Below are positions 43,250 through 56,373 of a stretch of DNA of 64,000 bases, piece after piece (positions within the stretch are counted from its first letter, which is position 1; each line of letters starts with the position of its first letter). The position numbers and the translations under genes are program-made. The DNA is from Octopus vulgaris (Eukaryota), in the NCBI GenBank assembly GCA_951406725.2, contig OX597816.1, positions 177,506,001 to 177,570,000 of the forward strand. The letters are read 5' to 3'. The notes under the pieces were generated by a model. It was given only the letters and a program-made list of their open reading frames with translations, did not search any database and was not told the origin of the DNA.

Positions 43250-43763
43250 AAATTATTACTTTGGAAAAGTAGCGAGCTGGTAGTAGAGGATAGAAAACCC
43301 AGATGATACAATTATAGCAACACCGGCCACCTCTAGGTATTCTCCTCCTAAAAACAATAACAGAAAGTGACTACTGGAAGAAAACCCCCGCAGCTGTCAA
43401 CATGACAACATCAACGCACAACATCACAACACCAACAACAGTAACAACTACAGCACTAACATAATAGCAACAACAACAACAATAGTGTACACCTGCAGCA
43501 ACAGTGGCTGCAGCGCCAGATGCAGAAATGGCAGTAGCACTTGTAACAGCAACAATAACACCAATAGGAGAAGCAACAGCAACAAAACAAGAGGCGCGAC
43601 CCTGAAAGGCCACCACATCGAAGAATGAACGACAAAATCATCAACAAAAAGAAATTGTGAAGTGTCTAATAGAAAGGCAATATAAAGTATCATTTAGTTA
43701 TATTTGGAGATGCTCGTATTTTGCCGATTGAACACACACTATATGTTTGGTCTTTACTTCAGC

Positions 43764-43844
<81 letters not shown>

Positions 43845-44063
43845 GTTATTATTATTCTATGTTTGACTTTTGCTTTATATTTGTACAAGTTGGCTCCAAG
43901 TCTCATCCCAGAGACCTCAAGAGACAACAGGTTGGAAGTTCATGTTGTTGTTATGCCTAGTGTGCCATATATTTGGTTTTGTATTTAGTGTTGTACTAGT
44001 GAATGTCTAAAAAAAAACATACGAAAATTATGTTTGTTTTAAAACTTGAGATTACATAGAAAG

Positions 44064-44127
<64 letters not shown>

Positions 44128-45200
44128 CATTATTTTGCTTCTTTTTCATAGGTCTTTCGTCACACACCCTGTGACTTCTTCAATGACTCTGAGCTTCGAC
44201 AAAGAAGCAAAAATGATAATAAATCTGAAGTAAAAACCAAATATAGTGCTGTGCTTAATTGACAAAACATGACCATCCCCAAGTATAACAATATCTGTTT
44301 CAACATACGATTTCACATCAAGAATTTTGCATAGCAAATAAATAAACGTAGAAAAAATGTGCCACCAAAAATATCTGAGAGGTTCGAAGTAACAGGAGAC
44401 GTAGGAAAGATGCATTTAAGCAACAATACCACCTACAACAACAACGATGCCGAAACTGTCAACATCACCACCACCATCTCAAACATCACCAACCCTATGA
44501 ACACAAGCACAACCTCATTCACACCCACGTCAACAGTCAGAACAACATCCCCAACACAAGTAAAACAAAAAGAAAATCATTAACTACACAGCCATAAACG
44601 CAAAGAACATAAATTAATGACTCACACACATCAGCGTATAAGCATTGCATATGAGGAGTACTTTACACCAACGAATAACATACAGACATATAAAAGTCAA
44701 CGGAACAACACACAACACATACAACAGTTTACAAAATAAGAACTAATATTCCGATGAAATAGATTTCCGAAGGAATATAAAAACAAAAGACCGAATGAAA
44801 TCTTACTCGTGGAAACGCAACCAGAGACAGGGATGGAATATTTGTCCTTCTACAGGAACACGGCGAAGCCCGTTTCACTTTTCCCCTCTTTATCCATCAC
44901 GACCTCATTAACAATAGGTAAGTTGGTAGCATTGGATGTGACCAGCAGGTCATATCTTCAGTATTAGTAGCCGCCCTAACAGGGCTGGGGTGGTCAGATT
45001 TCTTCAGGCGTGTGAAGGTCTTAGGAATATCCATCATTTTACTATTAGTGAATGATTGAAACAGAATATTGGATGCACTCTTGGAGTGTGTGGAGTTAGC
45101 TGGTAGGAGAGAGGGAGAGCAAAAGCCTCGCACATCTGCTCTGACGTTTCTAACTATCTTGGAGGTACATGAAGATTCCATAAATAGAGTAAAGACCAGA
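43250..45200 (+). mobile_element. Degenerate L1/Tx1-like element pieces (ORF1 zinc knuckle, low-complexity linker, APE endonuclease)
   Basis: LVVEDRKPR*YNYSNTGHL near 43277-43333 is a decayed VEGR.P.C..C...GH. GKLVALDVT..DFFRRVKVL..LLLVND*NRILDALLECV at 44915-45100 is APE-like. Confidence 0.6.
43855..44066 (-). mobile_element. R4/Dong 3' terminal fragment (last codons ILSM* + 3'UTR) inside (TAA)n
   Basis: The minus strand begins atactttctatgtaa (ILSM*), like the RALSL* terminus at 39860. (TTA)n tracts flank both sides. Confidence 0.6.
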
Positions 45201-45484
45201 CTTAAAAATATAAATACAGGGAGTAATTTGTTCTACTTAACCTTCAAGTACGGCAGTATTCCAATGACTGAAACAAATAAAAGAATGAAATCAAACCAAA
45301 AATATTTTTCTATCTCTATTTACAAAGACTTTGTTATCTGTAACAATAATTGCAGTATCGATTACAATAATACTGTAATATATCGATAATATTCTCAAAG
45401 ATAATATATTAATTTGTTTTTAGTATAAATAAATTTGCTTGTAATTCAACATACATTAAAACCATAATTATAATATAAGTAATA

Positions 45485-45715
45485 TTGGCTTCAAATATTG
45501 GTACAAGGCTAACAAGTTCGGGGAAGGGGTAAGTCGACTACATCCACCCAGTGCTCAACTGCTATTTATTTTATCGACTCCCAAAAGGATGAAAGGCAAA
45601 AAGAAAAAAAAATCGATCCAGCAGGAATTTGAATATAGAACGTAAAGACAAATGGAATGCCATTAAGCATTTTTGCCCGGGGGAGGGGCAACCGATTCTG
45701 CTAGCGGACCACCTT
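45485..45715 (-). mobile_element. SINE family B
   Basis: Reverse complement homology to 22234-22445. Confidence 0.8.
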
Positions 45716-45845
45716 ATTGCGTTTAAGTAATATTAGTTCATATTAACTATCCTACTATTCGAAATATCCATCATATCATAAATAACACTTTTACGCTGAA
45801 AATAAAGATATACCCGCGACGAAACACTATTATTACACCATAGTA

Positions 45846-46062
45846 AAGGCGGTGAGCTAGCCGAATCGTTTGTACGCCGGACAAAATGCTTAGCGCGATT
45901 TCGTCCGGCTTTACGTTCTGAGTTCAAATTCCGCGAGGTTGACTTTGCCTTTTATCCCTTCGGGATCGATGAAATAATTACCAGTTGAGTACTGGGATCG
46001 ATTTAATCGACTAGCACCCTTCCTCCAAAATTCAGGCCTTGTGCCCATACTAAAAAGGCTTA
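45846..46062 (+). mobile_element. SINE family B
   Basis: Homologous to 22234-22445. Confidence 0.87.
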
Positions 46063-46839
46063 TTATATCACAGAGATTTGTAAAAATTGCTGAGATACGA
46101 GTTAGGTGTCTTAATAGAATGAATAGAGGGAAGAAGGTATTGAGAAGTAGTAATAGTGAGAGGTAGAGGTATAGATGGCGAGTCATGAGTCGCAATAGTC
46201 AAGGGGGAGGGGGGGAAATAACAGTAATTGACAGATAGAGAAGGAATTTGGGGGAGTAATTCTATATAAAATTGTGTGAGCAGGAAACTAACAATGACTA
46301 TTGTTAGTATGAGTTGATAGGACTGGAAAGTGGTCGATTAGTGTATTCGATAGAGCATCGAGCAAAGCCTTTTACTCGATTCTAATCCCTCAAGGATAGA
46401 TGAAATAAAGTACAAGACAAGTGCTGTATATCAACTCCTCTCTCTCACTTTCTCAGAATCAGTTACACTGAAAATAAGACGTGAAATACGGGCTCATATT
46501 ATCCCTTTCCGGCCAAACAACGAGTTCCACTGTATTGCAGGGGGGAAATGAGATCACCGAGGTTCTGGTAATGTATGGTCCTTGGTCGTAATCATCGTCA
46601 TCATCACCATCATAACCATGACGATAAAGATGATAGTGACGTTGTAGGGATGTAAGGTGGCAAAATTAATAGAATACAAAACAAAAGGCTATGCCTGTAT
46701 TTATTTGTGTTCTTTTACATTCTGGTGGAAATTACACACTTGTCGACAAAATACATGCTAATGAAGTACTGGGGCCGATGGAATCGAATATACAATGTGT
46801 GATCTTGTGTCTAAATAAGACATTTTTAACGAATCTTAG

Positions 46840-48132
46840 TCTATATCTATAAAACAGTCCTTGGACGAAAATTGTATGCACATTTTGCTTTAACGGTTAA
46901 TGACGGCCAAACCGAAGCTATGATCGATCTGAAAATTGGCAGGGATACTAAATGCGTGGTGAGGATGAGACCTGCGATGGTTAAAATTCACAAGCTATAA
47001 AGATGTGGTTGCTATGGCAAAAAGAGTGATTTTTTATCGATTCAAGGGGGTCCAGAGCCCCTCTAGGTATGTGCGATTGGCTTTTAATGCCCAACGGCAT
47101 GCCCTGCAGGCTGTTGTGCTTAATAAACATACATTTTGTCGCGAAATTCCAGCTACTAGGAAACGATTTTTCATTGTGAAAAAACAAATGCTTTTTGCCC
47201 TCATTTTCTTTTTAATCTTTATATAAAAGTGAAAGGATTTCGTCAATTTATTTCTGCTGTCCACTTACGACGGTGATTCAGTTGACTAGGAAAACTATAC
47301 ATGATGAATATCCAATACCAAACTATCTTAATCTACATATTAAAACTGCATTAAACTTTGGCAAGATTACCTTTACCTATTCGGAGTTACTTGAAAGGTG
47401 ATGTTCCCTTCCCTCTCTTCTGATTGTTGATACCTTTTTTTTTACCTTTTATACCATTGTTTCACTTTAAGGATGTTTCTTTACCCAGCCATTATGATAT
47501 TTCGACTGCTGTCCATTGTTTCAAATAGGTTTTAGCATTGTCATTCTAGCCTTTTTAAACACTCACATATGACTCGTCCCAAAGAATCAACCTTTAAATA
47601 AGTGTTTTGCTTCCACTAGTGAAAGCTATAAGTATATGTCAGGAAGCTCCTTACCAATTTAACTTTATGCAGCATTCGCTGTTAGTTTATGTGCACGCTA
47701 TGTGGGAAGATAGAATAAAGGGGTTTTTGTTAGATTTTGTCTCCGAAAAAAATAGCTCCCTTTGCTGTTGAAACAAATAAACTCGCAGAGGGGAAGTTTC
47801 AACTTCAATTTCCTTACACCATTTATGTGACTGTTTCTGACAAGAAATTTCGCTTTCATGTAAAACAACTATATTTTGTAGCCATTTTCCGTAATCTACT
47901 CCCAAAACACTTCAGTAGCTCTACTTTGCATCGCTTGCAGACTTATATGTTCTATGATAATCAAAGTGCAACGACTTCCACAATAACCAGCTTTCAATTT
48001 TATTTTCCGTTCCTAGGTTAATCGGAAACAGATTGCCATGCTACACATAAACCTTCACGGTAGTTCAATTATTTGGTGAAAAAATACCACGAAAGCAACT
48101 TAAACCGCCCAAAGGACAGGTGCGTTTACTAG
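46840..48132 (+). mobile_element. Non-autonomous Helitron-like element
   Basis: The 5' end is TCTATATCTATAAAA. The 3' end is an imperfect hairpin accgcccaaaggacaggt + CTAG|T. Confidence 0.65.
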
Positions 48133-48135
48133 TAT

Positions 48136-48360
48136 ATCTTATTTCTTTATTGCCCACAAGGGGCTAAACATAGAGGGGACAAACAAGGACAAGCAAAGGC
48201 ATTAAGTCGATTACATCAACCCCAGTGCGTAACTGGTACTTAATTTATCGACCTCGAAAGGATGAAAGGCAAAATCAACCACGGTGGAATTTGAACTCAG
48301 AACGTAACAGCAAACGAAATACTGCTAAGCATTTCGCCCAGCGTGCTAACAATTCTGCCG
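48136..48360 (-). mobile_element. SINE family B with an alternative 3' tail
   Basis: The head and body are as in family B. The tail ..gtttgtcccctctatgtttagccccttgtgggcaataaagaaataag differs from that of the other copies. Confidence 0.85.
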
Positions 48361-49502
48361 AAATGTAGTCTGGGTAATATTCTGGAGTTCATGTGGTGTT
48401 GGAATGTCTTACAGAAAATATATTCTCTTCAGTATCCTGCACTAAAAGACGCCAATTTTTAAGAGCTTTATCATACATTTTATCCAATACATCTTTGATA
48501 TTTCTCATTCGTGATTATTTTATTTGTCTGGTTTCCTTGGCAAAACATTATATAAATGTTAGGGTACGAGGAATACTCTTTTGATCTATAAAACTTCTGT
48601 TGATTTCTGATCGCTTGTACATTGTTCCGAATTTAACATGACTTTTATTCAATTTTCGTTATTCTGTTTTCTCATCAACACACACACATACACACACACA
48701 CCCTCATTCTTTGTCTGTCTGTCTGTGTGTGTATCTCTCTCTCTAAGCCAAGTATATCTAACCTTCGTGTAGAGACTCTATTGCAAATGCGAACGACTTC
48801 TTTAGAGAAGAGGGTCGCATGCAACATGGAGCATCGTCAGTGGGTCATGTTACTAAAAAAAAACATGACAGTAATTTTTCGTTGGCCTGCCATTCAGAAA
48901 GTCCCGCGGGTCTCAGTTTGCCCATGACTGCTTTATTTACTTCCTTTGTCGAGGATCTTGCTGTTGATGTTTAGCCCCTAGTTAGTCCTGATCGAGCCAG
49001 ATCTACCATGAAAAGCATTCCTGTCATGATCATTCCGCTACAGATCGAGTGACAGATCCAAGGGCTATATTATCAAATGCGTCCTTCCTATTTTAAAGCG
49101 CTAGATTGCAATATGAGAGGGATTTAACTACCACTCAATTAGGGGCGATCTGTGGGATAAGTAATATCTAACAACTTGGGATATACAAGCCCCACACAGC
49201 CACGTGGCTTTATCTCATATAAATGTTGTAAAATTATCCTCAAGATGATATTGGGGTTGATAATGACGATGATGATAGCGATGATGATAACGATGGTTGG
49301 GGGTTACTAGTAGGTTGGTCGTAGTGATGATAATTGTGATGATGCAGAAATTTACATTCTCAAGTGTTGGGCGATATTTATCACCGGACCTATTGATCCA
49401 AAGAAAAACTTCAGTGCCCACCGATGGAAGATCTTTGATAAAGAATCTGCTGAATCGGCTAAAAACAACAGCGATGACGATGACTATCGAGAAGATAATG
49501 CT

Positions 49503-50336
<834 letters not shown>

Positions 50337-50864
50337 TCCGGGTTTGGGAAGAGGAAAAAGAAACTTTGAAGGTGGAGACGAAGAAGGAAAATGGACGGAG
50401 ACAGGGATACCCTGGATGGAGAGTTGGAAACAATACAATCCCGGTTTTCTGGAAATTTTCTATTTAATATGCGCGCGCGCACGCACCCCCCCCACACACA
50501 CACATATATACATGTTCATAAATATGTATATACATAAACACACACACACACAGACACACACACATATATATGTATTATGTTTATATAGCGTTTTTGTGTC
50601 TCTAAACGAACTAAATGACCTGATGTAATTTGGGGCAGTTGTGAAACAGCAATTGTGTTTACTCTGTTTACATTTATATTTGATGCTGTTCTTATATCTG
50701 TGTGTCTGCATGCACGCGCCGAAGTATTTTCTTATAAGATGGGGATGCTGTGGATGCTGTGGATGCTGGGGAGGCTGGGGAGGCTGAGAATGCAGCATTG
50801 TGAATGTGTAAGCATGGGTGAAGCGTAGGCGAGTGTACACGCGACTACACGTGCGCAAATACAA

Positions 50865-50897
<33 letters not shown>

Positions 50898-50898
<1 letters not shown>

Positions 50899-51460
50899 TA
50901 AGCAATTAAGGGTTTAGCAACGAATTGCCTCACACCACACACCGAATTTAGAAATAGCAGTCAAAGAGTTATAGCTATTCTTTCTACTAAAAGGGAGATC
51001 TCAGTAAAAACACAGCACTTGAAAGGCAAACACAGACAGGTAAGAGAGAATGAAATGACGGCAATCTATCATACAATTTTAAGTCACCTACGGACGTACG
51101 TTTCGAAATCAAGTTTTAGAAAAGCATAAGAATTAGAAAATTCTACCTTACCCAAACTTCTTTTCTCATCAGCGTAGGATACTACAATTATGAATAATTG
51201 TATATTAAATTTTGAGATACTAGAAGGCATTATCTCAACTCAGTATCAGAGCGAGCCAAAGCATTACCAGTACCACGAAATTCAAAGTGTGAATGAAAGT
51301 TTGTGTCACCAGCCCCTTTCCACCCGCGTGTAGCCAAGACAAGATGCTGTGGTCATTTACTGGGATAAAATATGGTATCTAACAATTAAGGGTTAGCAAC
51401 ATTGCTACACACACGAATTTAGAAATAGCAGTCAAAGAGTTATAGCTATTCTTTCTATAA
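50898..51460 (-). mobile_element. Small non-coding hammerhead-bearing element (about 480-nt unit + about 85-nt terminal redundancy)
   Basis: The direct repeat caattaagggtt..gaatttagaaatagcagtcaaagagttatagctattctttcta occurs at about 50903-50986 and 51383-51457. An HHR lies inside, between (TA)n tracts. Confidence 0.7.
51087..51178 (-). ncRNA. Type I hammerhead ribozyme with extended stem II
   Basis: Minus strand reads cctacg-CTGATGA-gaaa...tttc-GAAA-cgtac-GTC-cgtagg. The core is canonical, stem I is 6 bp, and stem III is palindromic. Confidence 0.85.
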
Positions 51461-51513
51461 AGTGAAATTAATTAATTTGGAATAATTATTAATTACACCA
51501 AGTAGATTTCGGC

Positions 51514-51559
<46 letters not shown>

Positions 51560-51759
51560 GTGAATGAATTATCCTATGTTAATCGTCAGCATGGAAAATT
51601 CGTTTAACCGAAACCTGGGTAGCAAATTCACGTCAGAAACACGGTTGAAGCGACCTGTCCAAGGGTAGAAACTTCGGGTTCATGTGCCGAAATTTGTGTG
51701 TTGTATATGAATAAATGAAAGAATGGAGTCGAACGAAGATGTTAATAAACTTCCTTTAC

Positions 51760-51839
51760 TCTCGACATATGTTTCGAAGACAACATGTTTTCATTCCAAA
51801 GGAATAAAGGGTGCATTATGCAATCTTCTCATCAGGAAA
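51760..51839 (-). ncRNA. Type I hammerhead ribozyme, homologous to 22690-22771
   Basis: Minus strand reads tttc-CTGATGA-gaagat...gtcttc-GAAA-catat-GTC-gaga. Confidence 0.78.
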
Positions 51840-52168
51840 TATATATTAAATATATATATATATTGTTATTTTTTTTAAATAGTTATATTGGATAATAATA
51901 GAATTAATGACACCTTCGTAAATTAATTTTTGGTGAATTATTTTTCTCGTAAATTGTATCGAGATTATTTTACACTGGTGGCTGCTGGGATTTCGGCGCG
52001 AAACAAATCAGTTGCAGCACAGACTTCAGAACGATGGGTTGGGAATCTCTAATCATGGTAACGCGGGCTGAAGAAGCTAAGGCGTATTTTGCCAGTGCAG
52101 AAACCGGTTAACGTGAGTCCAGATACTTAAATGTATGTTAGTAGATAGTATATATGTATATATGTATA

Positions 52169-52243
<75 letters not shown>

Positions 52244-52567
52244 TGAGTTTTCATTTATTTCCTTGCCGCATTTTTCATTGACGAAGAGAAGGTTCTTATG
52301 AATTAACTCTGAAATCGGGCCCGATATGGTAATAACGGAATTTTTTAGAAATTTCTGTCGGCTTTCTTCGAGACACGTGCTTATAGTGATTAATTATATG
52401 GTTATGAACGATGAGTCTAGTTTCGACATATTTGGCATTAGAATTTGTTTTCTTTTGCCCTTGTTTATAAGTTGTTTATAAATTTAACCTTTAAAGGTAT
52501 TTTTTAATATGCTGGCCATTGATAACATTTTTTCGAAAACTTTTATCCTATATTAGATATATACATC

Positions 52568-52603
<36 letters not shown>

Positions 52604-52715
52604 TATATGTATATATATATATGTATATATACGTACATCTATATATCTATCTATCTATCTATCTATCTATATATATATATATATATATGTATGTATATAC
52701 ATATATATATATACA

Positions 52716-52807
<92 letters not shown>

Positions 52808-52903
52808 TATATATATATATATATAATAAATTTAACCTTTAAAGCTATTTTTATTATGCTGACCATTGATAAAATTTTTTTCGAAAATTTTTATCCTATA
52901 TTA

Positions 52904-52941
<38 letters not shown>

Positions 52942-52954
52942 ACATGCAGTTTAA

Positions 52955-53825
52955 TGCAGTGAAGTTCCAAGCCCTGCGCTACCGGCACACAAAGCTGAAC
53001 GACATGCAGACTGGATAGGCTGGCCCGGGAAGAATTGCAATTCCTGAGTCAAAGTCAATGCGTGACCTGGGCATTGACATGAGCAATGATGCATCTTTCC
53101 AAGTGCATATTACTAATTTGGTGATAAAATGCAGACGGCTAGCTGGATGGATTCTCCGAACTTTCAGAATAAGAGAGAAGTAGACACTGATGGTCCTTTG
53201 GAAGACATTTGTCCTCAGCCGCTTGGACTACTGCTCCCAACTATGGTCACCACACAGTATAAAACTAACAGCAGAACTCGAAGCAATTCAAAGAAGCTAC
53301 ACTAAGAAGATCGTCTCAGTGCAAAATATCAGCTACTGGGAAAGACTGAAAGTATTAAAACTCTTCTCCCTGGAGCGAAGGCGGGAGAGATATGCAGTGA
53401 TATACATCTGGAAAATCTTGAAGGGTCTTGTCTCGTATTTTGGCATTGAAAGTTACAGCAGAACGGGGCGCCACTGCATGGTGCCAAACATCACAACATC
53501 ACCATCAAAATACAGGACAAGATACTGCAACAGCTTGGGTTTCAAGGGACCATAGCTCTTCAATATCCTTCCTAAATGCCTGAGAGACCTGCATGGTGTG
53601 GATGTGGGTTTCTTTAAAATTAAACTGGATCTCTTCTTGGCAGAGGTTCCCGATGAACCTACCTCTCGACAGGAAACACAGATGCGGGCAGCGGCGTCGA
53701 ACTCCCTTGTTGACCAAGTACCACATATCAGAGGTAGTTTAACATACTAGTGTAGCTCGTTCAACGGTGGTGCCCCAGCATGGCCGCAGCTTTCGGGCTG
53801 AAACTTTTTAAAGGATTTAAGGACT
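52955..53825 (+). mobile_element. 5'-truncated CR1/L2-group LINE of a second family (ORF2 C-terminus + 3'UTR + TTTAAGGA-type tail)
   Basis: Translates as RDLGI, WILRTF, SRLDYCSQLWSP, SLERRRERY and VPDEP..NSL, paralleling 60484-61149 but diverged, with stops. Flanked by (TA)n. Confidence 0.88.
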
Positions 53826-53874
53826 TATATATATATAAATAAATATATATATATATATATAATATATTTGTTTG

Positions 53875-54090
53875 AATGTATGTATTTGTGTGTCTGTGTT
53901 TGTCCCACCACCACTACCATCACTTGACACCGATGTCGGTGTTTTTATGTCCCCGTGACATAGCAGTTTGGTATAAGAGACAGATAGAATAAGTACTAGA
54001 TTAACAAAGAACAAGTCCTGGGGTCGATTTGTTCGACTAAATGTAGTGCTCCAGCATGAGCACAGTCAAATAATTGAAATAAGTAAAAGT
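53875..54090 (+). mobile_element. SINE family A 3' half
   Basis: gtttgtccc..gatagaataagtact..gtgctccagcatg..gaaataagtaaaag. Confidence 0.8.
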
Positions 54091-54144
54091 ATATATATAT
54101 GTGTATGTATATATATATTGTGTGTATATATATATGTATCTATG

Positions 54145-54179
<35 letters not shown>

Positions 54180-54213
54180 TTATGTATGTATGTATGTATG
54201 TATGTATATATAT

Positions 54214-54291
<78 letters not shown>

Positions 54292-54665
54292 AGGGCGAAT
54301 TCACAAAAAAACAAAAGATGAAGACAGATGGTGTAGACAACAAACAGATGTATTAGTATAACGCTCGGGAAGTGAAAAAGTCTTTTGCGTTTCGAGCCTA
54401 GGCTCTTCAACAGAAAGGAACACAGAAAGAAACAAGGAGAGAAAATAAAAAATGTGTAGTGGCTAGCGATCTATCATGGAGAATATATATATACATATTT
54501 TCTTTTACTTGTTACAGTCAATTGACTGCGGTCATGCTGGGGCACTGCATTCAGTCGAACAGATCGACTGTCACCAGGACTCATCTTTGTATTTCTAAAG
54601 TTCGGTGTGTGGTGAAGCAAATTCTTTTGCCTAACCCTTATTATAATAAATATATATATATATAT

Positions 54666-54760
<95 letters not shown>

Positions 54761-55049
54761 TGTGTGTGTGTACGTGTTTGGGGTTGAGTGGTAAGAGGCT
54801 TGCTTCCAACCACTTGGTTCTGGGTTCAGTCCCACTGCGTGTCACCTTTCCCTGATAATAAACTACAGATTTTTTCTGTAGAATTTTTGCTTGACAACAC
54901 ACGTGGGTGGACGGGGGAGAATGCGGGACCTCATTCGCATGTTTTGAATTCGGCGGTACTGGTCATGAATATAATTTGTCTGATGTTACTGGAGTCAGAT
55001 AGGTATGTTCAGTTCTTTCAGTGCTACCAAATTTAGAATATATTGAAAT

Positions 55050-55134
55050 ACTGTGCTGAAGAGAAAAGTGATTAGAATGGAAATGTGATTCTTGCATTTT
55101 TTATATCTATCTAATTTCGAAACGCGTCCACAGT
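55050..55134 (+). ncRNA. Type I hammerhead ribozyme with extended stem II
   Basis: actgtg-CTGAAGA-gaaa...tttc-GAAA-cgc-GTC-cacagt. Confidence 0.83.
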
Positions 55135-55276
55135 TCATCAAATGCTGGGTGAATTTCGTTATTTTCTTTCTCTGCCTACGTGATATGTTTTCGAGCATAT
55201 ATTGTCTGGGAGTTGTTTCTTACAGTAGAAGAAACAGCTAGATTCTTTGGCTGCTATTTCTAAAGTTCGGTGTGTG

Positions 55277-55315
<39 letters not shown>

Positions 55316-55365
55316 TCAATAAATGGTGGGGTTGTGTTGACCGCACGTGGAGAAATGATAAGTAA

Positions 55366-55755
55366 GAAAAAACCTGCCCCTTTCTACTTGAAGGCTCTGA
55401 ATTTACCTTCAAACAAGGTACGAAGTTTAAAATCAAGACTAACTTCTCCTGTTCCTCCGAGAACCTTATCTACGTTCTCACATGCGCTGGTTGCCAACAT
55501 AATTATGTTGGACAAACGAGTCTCCCGTTACGTAAACGAGTAACGGTGCATAAAGAACAAATAAATCTCCCGGAATACCGACAAATTCCACTGAGTGACC
55601 ACTTAGACTCATGTGCTAAAGACTTAAACCCCAAATTCTATATATTCCCCTTCTACCAATGTAAAGACGGGATCACCACACAGGAGAGAATTAACAAGGA
55701 GAATCTCTTTATTGAAAAATTCCAAACACAACTTAATATGCAAACTCCTCGTTGA
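55366..55755 (+). pseudogene. PLE (Neptune-like) GIY-YIG endonuclease C-terminal fragment
   Basis: Open frame KTCP..TNFSCSSENLIYVLTCAGCQHNYVGQTSLPLRKRVTVHKEQI..LSDHLDSC..RINKENLFIEKFQTQLN. It is followed by a 3' region with a hammerhead at 56374-56414. Confidence 0.85.
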
Positions 55756-56373
55756 TCAAACTTCCTTTCTCTACCTCACTCTTCATGGATGGACTAACAC
55801 AAATATATAAAGATACCATGCATTCATCACTTCAAGCTAAAACTTATATTCTTTAAATATCATTTTTACTATTGTTGTTATTACTATCATTTTTATTATA
55901 AATGATATGACAATTTGAAATGCAATTATCTATGCAGATTTATATAATTAGAAAATAATATAAATAAAGTGTTAAAAGCTGAAAGTTAAGTTAACAAGCA
56001 ATTATATAAAAAAGATAACGCAAATGAAGCTAAAATGATAATTTTATAATTTGGGTTTTATTGAAGAACTCAAAAGAGTTGTCTCCCCTTACTCACAACA
56101 CAGGAACTGAAGAACCACAATTACTACTACTTCCTGTCCTGCAAACATGCTGAATTAAACCACACAACACATGCTCTTAATCCCTTTGGATCTTAATACC
56201 TCAAGGTAATTTTTTCGTGAACAATCATAAAACTCAAGATACACAACGAACTCACAATGTATCGGAGTACTTTTTTATTTTTGTACATTTTTATCATTAT
56301 TCTTTTGCAAAAAACAATGCAATTTTCTTTTTTTCCCCTTTCTAATTTTTAAAAAAACTTTTTAAAACATAAA

